64,000 bases of DNA from positions 2,232,001 through 2,296,000 of the forward strand of contig NW_027139666.1 of the NCBI RefSeq assembly GCF_035084215.1, written 5' to 3'. Source of the DNA: Heptranchias perlo (Eukaryota). Both the position numbers and the translations under genes were made by a program. The notes beneath the pieces are model-generated. The model saw only the letters and a program-made list of their open reading frames with translations. It ran no database searches and had not been told where the DNA came from. Below, one piece after another: positions 26,255 through 38,791 of the stretch (position 1 is its first letter; each line of letters starts with the position of its first letter).

Positions 26255-29200
26255 TCTAGTACTGTGTATGAGAGCGGGGTTCAATGTGCATCTGTCAATC
26301 TCTGATCCTGTGTGTGTTTGGGATTCATTCTGCATCTGTCATTCTCTGGTACTGAGTGTGAGCATAGTGTTTATTCTGTATCTCTCAGTCTCTGGCACGA
26401 CATATGAGTTTGGGATCATTCTGTATCTGCCAGTCTCTTTCACTGTACATGAGAGTGGGATTAATTCTGTTTCTGCCAGTCTCAGGTACTGTGTATAAGT
26501 GTGGAATTAACTCTGTTACTGTCAGTCTCTGGTGCTATCTGTGAGTGTGGGATTCATTCTGCATCTGCCATTATCTGCTACTTTATCTAAGTGTGGCATT
26601 CATTCTGTCATTCAGTCCCTGAGACAAAGTGCAAATCTGAATTAATTCTGTATTCTTATTTCAGTTCCCAGTATTTAACTTGAAACTGTATCTTTAATAC
26701 TTTAAAGTATATGCAGTTTTTTGTCAAGTGTTTAATTTGTAAATATGGATATATTTTTCGATTTTCTTTGATCAAACCATGTGTGTGGGTTTTGGAGTAG
26801 CATTACATCTTAATCTCTGAACTCATATGTGAATGATAATGTACCTTTCAATCTGTTCATGGTGAAATTATTGGACTGGTATGTAATGTGTAGCTCAGAT
26901 CTGCAATAATGTCTGTGAGTACTGTCTGTGAGTGTGGGATTCATTGTGTTCCTGTTAATTTCTGTTACTGTGTGTGAGTGAGCTTAATTTTGTATCTGTC
27001 AGTCTCTGGTGCTGTATGTGGGGTGGGATTCATTCTGTGTTTGTCAGTCTCTCGATCTGTATGTGAGTGTGGGATTCATTCTGTATCTGTCAGTCTCTGG
27101 TACAGTCTGTGAGTGTGGGATTCATTCAATATCTGTTAGTCCCTGGTATTGTGTGTGAATGAGGGTTTCATTCTGTTCCCCTCAGTGTCAGACGCTATAT
27201 GTGAGGGAGTCATTCATTCTGCATCTATCAATTTCTAGTACTGTTTGTGAGTGATTTAACTGTTGTCTCTGTCAGTCTGTGCTACAGTGTGAGAGTGTAG
27301 GATTCATTCTGTATCTGTCAGTCACTGGTATATTGTGCGAGTGTGGGTTTCATTCTATTTGTCAGTCTCTGGTAATGTGGGAGTGTGTGATTCATTCTAT
27401 GTCTGTCAGTCCCTTGTACTGTGTGTGAGTGCAGGATTCATTCGGTATCTGTCAGTCACTGTTACATTGTGTGAGTGCTGGTTTCAATCTGCATGTCAGT
27501 ATCTGGCCCTCTATCTGAGTTTGAAATTCATTCTTTATCTGTATGTAATTTGCATCTCCGTTTACACTATGGTGTTCAAAACTATCTTTAACACCTCAAT
27601 GTATCAATATTTTTCCCAGTGTTTAATTGGTAGATAATGATACATTTTAAAATGTAATGTTTTAGGTTATAATCAGAGAATGTGGGCACTTTTTGGACTT
27701 CTATTAAATCTGTATCGATGGGAAAACAATTGTGAATTAGTTTATCTTCCAAAATGATATGGTGACATTTTTGAACTTGTATATAATATATAGGTCAGTC
27801 TGCATGAATGGAATACTGCATATTTCAGTCTGAATCTTTATCAGTTTTTTGTAGTGGTTTATAATGTGGAGATCAGTCTGCACTAATGGAATTGATACTG
27901 TATCTTTCAATCTGACACTATGAGATTTTTGGACTGATAAGTACTGTGTAACTCAGACTGCATTAATGTGTGTGACTGTGAGATTCATTCTGTATCTGTC
28001 AGTCCCTATTACTGTCTGTGAGTGTGGGATTCATTCTGTATCTGTCAGTCCCTAGTACTGTCTGTGAATGTGTGATTCATTCTGTATCTGTCAGGCTCTG
28101 GTACTGTCTGTGAATGTGTGATTCATTCTGTATCTGTCAGTCTCTGGTACTGTGGGAGTGTGTGATTCATTCTATATCTGTCAGTCCCTTGTACTCTGTG
28201 TGACTGTAGGATTCATTCAGTATCTGTCAGTCACTGTTACAATGTGTGAGTGCTGCTTTCATTCTGTTTGTCAGTCTCTGGCCCTCTATCTGAGTTTGAG
28301 ATTCATTCCTTATCTCTGTGTAATTTGTATCTCCATTTACAGTATGGTGTTCAAAACTGTATCTTTAATACCTCAATGTATGCATATATTTTCCCAGTGT
28401 TTAATTGGCTGATAATGAAATTCTGCAGAATATAGTCAGAGAATGTGGGCACTTTTCAGACTACTATTAAATCTGTATCGATGTGAACACAATTGTGCAT
28501 TAGTTTATCTTCTAAACTGATATGGTGACATTTTTGAACTTGAACATGATGTGTAGCTCACTCTGCATGAATGGAAAACTGTATATTTCAGAGTGAATTT
28601 GCATCAGTTTTTTGTCGTGGTTTATAATGTGTAGATCTGTCTGCACTAATGGAAATGATATTGTGTCTTTCAATCTGATACTTCTTGGACTGGTAAGTAA
28701 TGTGTTACTCAGCCTGCACTAATGTGTGATTCATTTTGTATCTCCCAGTCTCTGGAACAGTGTGTGAGTGTGAGATTCATTCTGTATCTTGTCAGTCGTG
28801 TGTGTGAGTTTGTGATTTATTCTATATATGCAGTCTCTGATACTGTGAGTGTGGGATTTATTCTGTGTCTTTCAGTCTCCAGTCTTGTATGTGGGTGTTG
28901 AATTCATTCTAAATATGCAGCCTCTCAGACTGCGTGTTGGTGTGGGATGCATTCACTATCTGTCAGTCTCTGGTACTGTGTGAATGTGGGTGTCATTATT
29001 TATCTGTCAGCCTCTAGTATTTTATGAGAGTGAGTAATTAACCAGATATCTATCAGTCCTTGGTACTGTATGCCAGTGTGGGATTCATTCAGTATCTGTC
29101 ATCTCTGGTACCATATGTGAGTGTAGGATTCGCTCTGTGTCTGTCAGTCTCTAGCATTGTATGTGATTTTAGGTTTCCTTCTGCATCTTTCAGTCTCTGG

Positions 29201-29850
29201 TACTGTATCTGAGTGTGAGATTCATTCTGTATTTGTATGTAATTATTCTCTCAGATTGCATTATTGCGTTCAAAATGGTAGCTTTAATATCTTCATGTTT
29301 AGGTCATATCTCTCATTATTTAACTGGTAAATATGGGTACACTTTAGGATTTGACGCTGTAGGTTTTAATTAGATAATTTGTCTGCTTTTTGAACTACTA
29401 TTAAATCTGTATCTCTGTAAGTACAAATGTGAATGATAATGTATATTTCAAATTGATATGGTGACACTTTTCAAATGGTATATAATGTGTAGCTCAGTCT
29501 GTACTAATAGAATTGATACTGTATCTTTAAATCTCAGACTATGAGTGTATTATAAACTGATATCTAATTTGTTTCTCAGGTTACACTGTCACAGCATTTC
29601 TCAATCTGATACTGTACATGAGTTTTGGACTGGTATGGAATTTGTATCACATGATACATGCAATATCCATTCGGATAGTGTATTAAACTCAAATGTGTGT
29701 GTGAGTTCTGAGCCAGTATTCAATTGGAATCTCAGGGTACATTATTGGGATAGATTATGTACCTTCCAATCGGTTGCCATGTGTGATTTCGATCTGTGAT
29801 TTAATTCGTACCTAATGTTGCCCTATTGTGAGATTGACACAGTCCCTTTC
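26255..29850. repeat. 46-bp and 82-bp minisatellite region (unit 4)
   Basis: Same monomers and spacer as 1-3760. Confidence 0.9.
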
Positions 29851-32605
29851 AATCTGATAGTGTGAACTTGGACTGGGATTTTTGTATCTGCCTGTCAGCG
29901 GGACTCAGCTCGGGGGAAATGGATCAGCGTCTGCCTCACCTGCTCTGTTTGAATGTTGGATTGAAAATGTGCCTGTGAAACTTGGGATCAGTGTGGGACT
30001 GACGACTTCTACTGTCTGAGACTGTGGAACTGATGACCTGTCCGTGTCTCTGTGCGCTGTGTGTGATAATATACTTACTGTGTAGGAGAAGGAGCTGGCT
30101 GCACTGTTCCTTGTGCCTCAAGTGGAGGAAACATAACACTGATTCTGGGTCCTTGAAGGATTTGCCTGTAGGAAGAAATTTATCTCTTGTAACTCAAGAA
30201 CCAGTGAGGCAGAAAATACAAAAGTATTCGAATTAATATCCATATCAATGATTATTTTGAATATCCACAAATGAGAACCAGTGATACAAACAGTGTCAGT
30301 GTCTGACTCCACTGCAGTACTGCAGCACTCAGCTTCTGCACACCAGGTGTGTTGGGCAATTTTACAACGATTTAGTGACATCCAGACACAACACAACCCC
30401 TGCACTGATCCATGAATGGGACAACCCGATGGGGCAGGGACCTTTGTACAGGTCAGTTTTCTAATCCCCTCTCCCATGGGACTAACCGTTCAAGTGAAAG
30501 CAAACAGCCGTTGTTTAAAATGTGTCCTTCACACTTCTCACCTGATGCCTGCAATAGATGCTCTTTGTATAACTCCCCACATCCTTACTGTCCGGCTCTG
30601 GTTCCACTCTTCACTGTCCAATAACAATAAACAGGGTGAGACTGGAACGAAACCAGGAACATTCACTACTGGTTTGGGGAGAGAAAGCAGCAATGATTCT
30701 AAATAGCAGGTTCTTCCCATTCTGTCTCCCTTACCCTGGACACATCCTGTACACACACAGCCCGAGAATGACCTCTCCCTTCCCCCGCTCACTCCATGTT
30801 CCGGGACCAGTTCCTGATCCACTCCGCCTCTTACAAACAGCCCCTTGACATCCCCTGCCCTTCCTCCGGACTCAATGCCGATCTCTGAGCCCATCTGCGG
30901 ACACGGTCCCGAAGCGATGAGCTGCTGTAACGAGGCTGCTCTTTGCTCCCTTCCCCCGGGGGCCGTGATCTCTCCATTCCCGGCTGTTTTGAACGATCTT
31001 CTTCCGCTCACTGAGTGAATGGCGCCCACAGGCCGAGCTGGGGGAGGGAACGCGCATGCGCTCTTCTGCTCACCAACAACCAGCCCTGGGGGCGAGGCTG
31101 AGCCGCGCATGCGCAGATATCTGGTTTAATTCCCAATGCACAAATCGATGGAAACTTTCCCCAATTTGAATTTTTCAGAGTCTGAGCAAAGGAAGTGGGG
31201 CTGGGGGAAAGGTCAGAGGGAATGGGGTCCACAGGCAGTGCAGGAACAGGCACCAGAATGGGAAAGAGATGGGATTCCACCAGTGCCTCACGCTGGAATC
31301 CAGACTGACTTTACAATCTCTAACTATGAAACTAGATGTTTCCATCCCTGCTGTTTCTCTCGGTATCTTTTGATGGTAAAGAGCCTTTCATAGATAAAGT
31401 GGGCGGGTGATAAATGGCTTTGATTAATTCTTGCACTCTTTACTGATAAAACTGAAGCGTGAGGAAGAAACTGGGGCTTGGGGAGGATTTCTCAAACCAA
31501 TCCTGGAGAAAAAAGGAGGAAAGAGTGAGTCGATGTGTTTGTTGGGATCGTGTAGGATTAATATCTGACAGCACTGGTCCCAGATTAATTTAATCAGAAT
31601 GCAACTCTCGATTACTGAGAGTAATACTGAACGTCCCTGAGCTGCAAAACAGAATAAAGTACAACAGGCAAGAGAGGGTTAAATGTGGCCCATTGTTTTT
31701 GTCACTCTCTGAACTGAGTGTGGGATTAATAGTGTGTCTGCCTCTGGTGCAATATCAGTGAGAGATGAGAATGCATCTTTTGTCTCTCCAATGGGATCTT
31801 TCTGGATAAAACGAAACTTTACAGGTTAGTCTGCAACTGATACTGTGGCACTTTGTCTCTCCGTGTTCTCTCTCACCGTGTCTGTCTCCCTGTCTCCCTC
31901 TCTCTGTCTCTCTCTGGTGCTGTATATGAATGTGGGATGCTGTTATTGAGCTTGATATGAACACACTGATAGGAAGTGTACGACTGTCAGTGTGTGTTTG
32001 TCTCTCTGTTGTGCTGGACATGAAGGTGGGATACTGTCTGACATAAAACAGAGAGAATGGGTTGTCCGGGCCGGGCCGCAGTGTAACCGGGGATGTGTTC
32101 GTCTTCAGTCCCAGTTCATGGTCATTTCTTTTTCACAGATTCAGGGTGAGAGTCTCTGTGAGACGGTACCACTCGCGGAGAAACATCGCGTCTCAACTCA
32201 AACCCCAACACATGAGATTCTCGAAATCAGCTAGAATGAAGTGTTTGTAAACTGCTGAACCCGTCCGGGAGGGGATGTGTGGCGAGATAGAATCGGGGGA
32301 CTCTGGGACTGAAATGGAAGGAGGCGGGTTGACTTGTAATAGAAGGGACTGTATTTAGGCAGGAATATGACTGACTGTTAATTGTAACGGGGCTTATTTA
32401 AAAGCTCCGGGTTTCTGGAAATCCTTGAGTATGAAGTCCGAGTCTGTAAGGGTTTGTCCAGAGCGCTGTGTTTCGGTTCTATTATCGATAAACGGTTTGA
32501 AATTGGCGGGTGGAGAAAGCTGGAGGTGGAGCTGGAAGATCAGAGGCCGCTCTCTGCTCTGTCTGTCACTCTTTCTCCTCCACTCCCGCCCTCTCTGTTT
32601 AATCC
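29850..32605. repeat. Unit 4 copy of the conserved module plus H4-upstream DNA, with no H1 or H4 gene
   Basis: 29850-31750 matches 3790-5760. 32065-32605 matches 8185-8710. Confidence 0.85.
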
Positions 32606-33115
32606 CTTACATGGAAGCAACGCGGGTAGTTGGACTCTAAACACGGTTGACAAGTCAACAAGACGATAGGCGAGTAATGTTTCTGATCTCCTGGGCATCA
32701 GGTAATTCACTGTCATTTGTTTCTGTACAGAGTTACATTTCAGTGATTCCCCAGTGTGTTTGATGCCTTATTTAAATAATCCAACAAAATATAACAGAAA
32801 CGGAGCGAAGCGCTGAATCCCACAGATGTAGAAAGGTTAGTCGAACAGTTCTGGTGATGCCTTACGAGCCCAGCATGGCAACTATTTGAAATAAATACAA
32901 GAAATCTGGTGATGTGTGGGCTGGGGTTCATAAGTCACCCTTTAAAGTACCGGACTGTGGTCGGTTCCCCGACTCCAGTCCCATTAATACCCCATCTCGT
33001 CTACACCGAGACAAAAGAAGCTCAAAGTAACACTGGTCGCATGATATCAGCGTCTCCTTCAGTCAGTAACCAGTCTTTTTACACATTCAGTGGGTGGATC
33101 TGAACATGAGCCTTT

Positions 33116-34309
33116 ACATCGAGTTACATCGAAACCAAGGTACAGAAACAGGCCATTCGGCCGAATTGGTCTGTGACGGTGTTCATGCTCCACGTGAGCC
33201 TCCTCCTTCCTTACTTCATCTAACTCTATCACAACACCCTTCTATTCCTTTCTCCCTCATGTCCTTGTCTATCTTCCCCTTAAATGCCCCTATGTTATTT
33301 TCCTCAACGACTCCTTGGGTAGCGAGTTCCACATTCTTCCCAATCTTTGGGTAAAGCAGTTTCTCCTGAATTCCCTATTGGATTTATTAGCGACTATTTT
33401 ATATTTATTACCTGAAGTGTTGGACTCCCCACAAGTGGAATCATTTTCCCTGCGTCTCCCCTTTCAAACCTTATCATTATCTTAAAGACTTCTATCAGGT
33501 CAACCCTCAGCCTTCTCTTTTCCAGTGAAATGAGCCCCAGCCTGTTCAACATTTCCTGATAAGAATATCCTCTCATTTCTGGTATCATCTTTTTGAATCT
33601 TTTTTGCACCTTCTCCGATCCCTCTACGTCCTTTCTATAACATGGAGACCAGAACTGTGCATGATACTCCAAGTGTGGTCTAACCAAGGTCCCATACAAT
33701 TTAACATAACTTCTTTGTTTTCAAATCTATCCCTCTCGAAATGAATCTTAGTGTTTGATTTGTCTTTTATGACCTTATTGAGCTGCGTCGCTACTTCTTG
33801 TAATTTTTATATCTGTACCCCTAGATCCATTTGCCACTCTATCCCGTTGTGACTCCTATTACCAAATCAGTGTGTGACCTCCTTATTCTTCATTCTGCAA
33901 GTTTATTAATGTCCTCTTGCAATTTGCTACATTCTTCATTTGTATCAAATACATCCCCCAATTAGGTGTCGTCCACAAATTTTGAAATTGTACTTCCGAT
34001 TCCCGTATCCAAATTGTTGATGTAAATTGTGAAGAACAATGGTCCCAGCAACCGGAACACCACTTCCCACCTTTTGCCAATCTGAGTAGCGACCCTTCAC
34101 CTCTATTCTCGGTTTTCTGCTTTGTAGCCAGCTGACTATCCATTCTACCACCTGTCCCCTGACTCCACGTCCTCTGAAATTAGTCATGAGTTTACAATGC
34201 GGTACCTTATCGAAGGCCTTCGGAAAATCCAAATATATTCAATCTACTGCTTTAAACTTTTATTCACTTTCTGTTCCTTCTTCAAAGATTTCAATAAGGT
34301 TGGTCCTGT
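33116..34309 (-). mobile_element. 5'-truncated CR1 LINE inserted in the 3' UTR of the H2A pseudogene
   Basis: Minus ORFs DFPKAFDKVPH and LVRPHLEY.AQFWSP. Microsatellite-like tail at 33116. CCTTT on both sides (33111-33115 and 34310-34314). Confidence 0.88.
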
Positions 34310-34341
34310 CCTTTCTGTTATCAGTTTAAATCTTGGCCGCT

Positions 34342-34725
<384 letters not shown>

Positions 34726-34839
34726 TTCCACAATCTCACAAATAAGTTCATGCAGAATAAAGAAGTCTCCTGCTCTCGCCCTTCTTATACCTTCTGGAGG
34801 AGTACAGTGGGGGCATTTGTAGTGGGTCTCTCTCAGAGT

Positions 34840-35015
34840 GTTTACACTGTCCGCTCACCCTCACTGATATTCTATCTTTCAACTGCTGTAATATTGTCCT
34901 TTATCAATATTGCTGCTCTCCCTCCTTTCCCTACTTCTCTGTCCTTTCTAAAGATCTTATAGACTTGAATATTAAGCAGCCAGTCGTGCCCAGTTGGTAG
35001 TCCGGTCTCCGTAAT
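34840..35015 (-). mobile_element. CR1 endonuclease-region fragment
   Basis: Minus strand encodes ITET...DWLLNIQVYKIFRKDREVGKGG-like sequence. Confidence 0.65.
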
Positions 35016-35111
35016 CATTTAATGTAATTATTCAACCTCACGAAATGGGTGATGCGGCCGAAAAACGTGAAGGATTACTGGATAGTGTGTCACTTCCATT
35101 GGTTGGGGGGT

Positions 35112-35146
35112 TTGCGACATCTACTGGGCGGAGACGTGAACTGCAA
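35112..35146 (-). promoter_or_regulatory. Putative CTCF site upstream of the tRNA
   Basis: Minus strand TTGCAGTTCACGTCTCCGCCCAGTAGATGTCGCAA. Confidence 0.55.
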
Positions 35147-35261
35147 AAGAGCGAGAAATGGTCAGTCAGAAACCGGTTCAAATAAAGAACAAAATCCAAC
35201 AGCTTGCAGTGTCTGTTCAGGGTCTGATGTTTATCAACTATTTTATGATGATGGATGGTCA

Positions 35262-35333
35262 GCGATGGTGGTATATAGGTGAGCATAGTTGCCTTCCAAG
35301 AAATTGATTCGGGTTCGATTCCCGGCCATCGCA
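35262..35333 (+). tRNA. trnG-TCC: tRNA-Gly(TCC), degenerate and probably a pseudogene
   Basis: 72 nt. Acceptor stem GCGATGG/CCATCGC, anticodon loop CTTCCAA, T arm GGTTCGATTCC. G.A mismatch in the anticodon stem, altered D loop, no immediate T4 terminator. Confidence 0.85.
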
Positions 35334-35519
35334 ATTAAGTGTTCTCATTACTTTATTTCGTTCAGAAACTCTTAAGTTTGCAATTGAATTTGATGCAGTT
35401 CAGTTGGATATTGTTTCCAAAACATCAACGAGTGTAGTTATAGTAAAATGATTTCAGCCTTCATTTATTTTCCCTATAGAAGGAATAGAGGAAAAACATG
35501 CCGGAAATAGTGAGCTGTA

Positions 35520-36680
35520 AAGGGTCCAATGAGAGTTAGGAAGGCAAATGATATGGTAGCCTTTATTGTAAGGGTTTTGGAATATAAGATTAAGGAGGTC
35601 TTGCTGCAATTTCAGTATGAGAAAATATTGTGCAAAATTGGCCTGTATTCTGTGGAGTTTAGAAGAATGAGAGGTGATCTCATTGAAATGTGTAACATTC
35701 TTAGACGGCTTGACAGGGTAGATGCTGAGAGTCTGAATCCCCTGGCTGGAGAGTCAAGAACTGGAACTCAGTCACAAGATAAGGGGTCGGCCATTTAGGA
35801 CCGACATGAGAAAAATTTCTGCACTCAAAGGGTTGTGAATCTTTGGAATTCTCTACCCCAGAGGGCTGTGGATGCTCAGTTGTTGAGCATATTCAAAGCT
35901 GAGATCGATAGATTTTTGGACCCGAGGGGAATCAAGGGATATGGGGATCGGGAGGGAAAGTGGAGTTGAGGTCGAAGATCAGCCCTGATCTGATTGAATG
36001 GCGGAGTGGGCTCCTGGGGCCGTATGGCCGACACCTGCTCCTATTTCATACGTTCTTATGTAGAGAGCCTTATATCCAAGTGTGCTAATGACACTAAGTT
36101 AGGTGGCATAATTAACATTGTAGATAGGAGCAGAAAGTTGCAAAGGGACATTGATAGATTCAGTGAGTGGGTGAAACTGTGGCAGATGGAGTTCAACGTG
36201 GGAAGTGTGAGATCATCCACTTTGGACCATAAAAAGATAGATCAGAGTATTTTCTAAATGCGGAAAATCTAGGAACTGTGAGGGAGGAGAGAGATTTGGG
36301 GAACATGTACAGAATTCACTAAAAATGCAAAAAAAAGTTAAAATGGTAATGGAATTTTGATTTTTATCTCAAGGGATCCGGAATAAAAAGGAGTGGAAGT
36401 TATGTCACAGTTATACAGAGCTCTGGTTAGACCTCATTTAAAGTAATGTATTCAGTTCAGGGCACCGCACCTCTGGCAGGATAAGAACAGATGAAATATG
36501 AGCCGCAGTAGGCCTTACGGCCCCTCGAGCCTGCTCCGCCATTCAATAGATCATGGCTGATTTTGTACCTCCACACCACTTTACTGCCCGATCCCCATAT
36601 CCCTTGATTTCCTTGTCCAAAAATCTATCAAACTCAATCTTGAATACACTAAACGACTGAACATCCACAACCTCTGGGGT
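35520..36680. mobile_element. Cluster of CR1 3' fragments (two plus strand, one minus-strand tail)
   Basis: GLYSVEFRRMRGDLIE motif; tail CTCCTATTTCATACGTTCTTATG at ~36040-36060; KCANDTKLGG; reverse tail from ~36480. Confidence 0.8.
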
Positions 36681-36689
36681 GGAGAAAAC

Positions 36690-37423
<734 letters not shown>

Positions 37424-37489
37424 ATCTTCATTGTACGGTCAGTGTCTGTTCAGCAAACCGGCTCTGAATTTCTCAGTCTGTATTTCGAG

Positions 37490-37830
37490 AAATGGTTCTG
37501 TGCGCGACGCGGGCAATACAAACGGTGACCGACGCACTGCGACTAATGGCGGCCGGAGGCCCCACAATCCCCCGCGGCCGAGAAACCCCTCTATCTATCC
37601 TAGATGCTGATTTTTTCCGCTCGGACTGCGCATGCTCCCGTGGCCCGCCGTGCATTCTGGGAACGCATCGCTCCTTTCCTTTGTTCCCGAGTCGGACTCG
37701 GTGGAAACGGGAGAAGAAACCGGGAAGTGGCGGGTAGGACGGGGTAGGCGCTGGATGATGGGTGTAATGGAGTCCGGGGACCCCCGCCCGCCCGATCCCC
37801 CGGGACCCCCGACTCTGATTCAGGGCCTGA
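37490..37830 (+). promoter_or_regulatory. CpG-island promoter and first exon, probably of the downstream ZNF gene
   Basis: YY1-like AATGGCGGC at ~37546, NRF1-like TGCGCATGCT at ~37627, ZNF143-like TGCATTCTGGGAA at 37651-37663, ETS-like GGAAGT, donor-like GG|GTAGG at ~37734. Confidence 0.6.
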
Positions 37831-38134
37831 TCCGCACTCGATGTTGCTGAGACTCCGCTCAGTGTAAATGCAGGTTGTTGATCTGCTTTCCTTTGGCCTC
37901 AGCTTTGCCGGACAGAATCAGCCAGGGACGGTGACTGTGCTGCTCTCCATGGTTGAAATGCCGGCAGCTCGCTGTACAGGCTCACAAGTGCAGAATTACC
38001 ATTTGGCCGGGTACTGGAGGGCAAACAGTGACTGGGGCCGAAACCCAACATCACGCAGAACCTTCAGGAGCGAAAAGGAGGAAAAATAGATCCTGCGATG
38101 AATCTGGATTTCAAATAGCGAGGACATGTCACGG

Positions 38135-38505
38135 AGGCAGAGTGTGTGGGACGGGGGAATTCATAGCTTAATAGGGGCAAGGAGGGAGAGTGTGTGGGAC
38201 GGGGGATTTAAGCTTAATTGGGGCAAGGAGGGAGAGTGTGGGACAGGGGTTTTACAGCTTAATTATGGCAAGGAGGGAGAGTGTAGGTCGGGTGATTTAC
38301 AGCTTAATAGGGGCAAGAATGGATAGTGTGTGGGACGGGGGATTTACAGCTCATCAGGGGCAAGGAGGGAGAGTGTGGGACGGGGGATTTACAGCTTAAT
38401 AGGAGCAAGGAGGGAGAGTGTGGGACGGGGGATTTACAGCTTAATAGGGGCAAGGAGGGAGAGTGTCTGGGACGGGGCATTCACAGCTTATGATGGGCAA
38501 GGGAG
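38135..38505. repeat. 45-47-bp G-rich minisatellite (~8 copies)
   Basis: GGGGCAAGGAGGGAGAGTGTGGGACGGGGGATTTACAGCTTAATA; GCAAGG at 38405 and 38450. Confidence 0.9.
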
Positions 38506-38791
38506 AAAAGAATGTTCCAGAGAAACGAGAACTGTGTGTTCTGAATTTCTATCCTGTATTTATGGTGATGAATTATGTAAATGATGTGCACAGATGCGTC
38601 GACTAGGCTTGTATTCTCTTGAATAAACAAGATTAAGGACTGATCTAATTGAGGTGTTTAAGATGATTAGAGGTTTTGATAGAATAGATGGAGATAAACT
38701 ATTTCCTCTGGTGGGAGAGTCCAGAACAAGGGTGAATCATCTGAAAATTAGAGCTCGGCCATTGAGGGGTGATGGCCGGAAGCAAGTCTTC

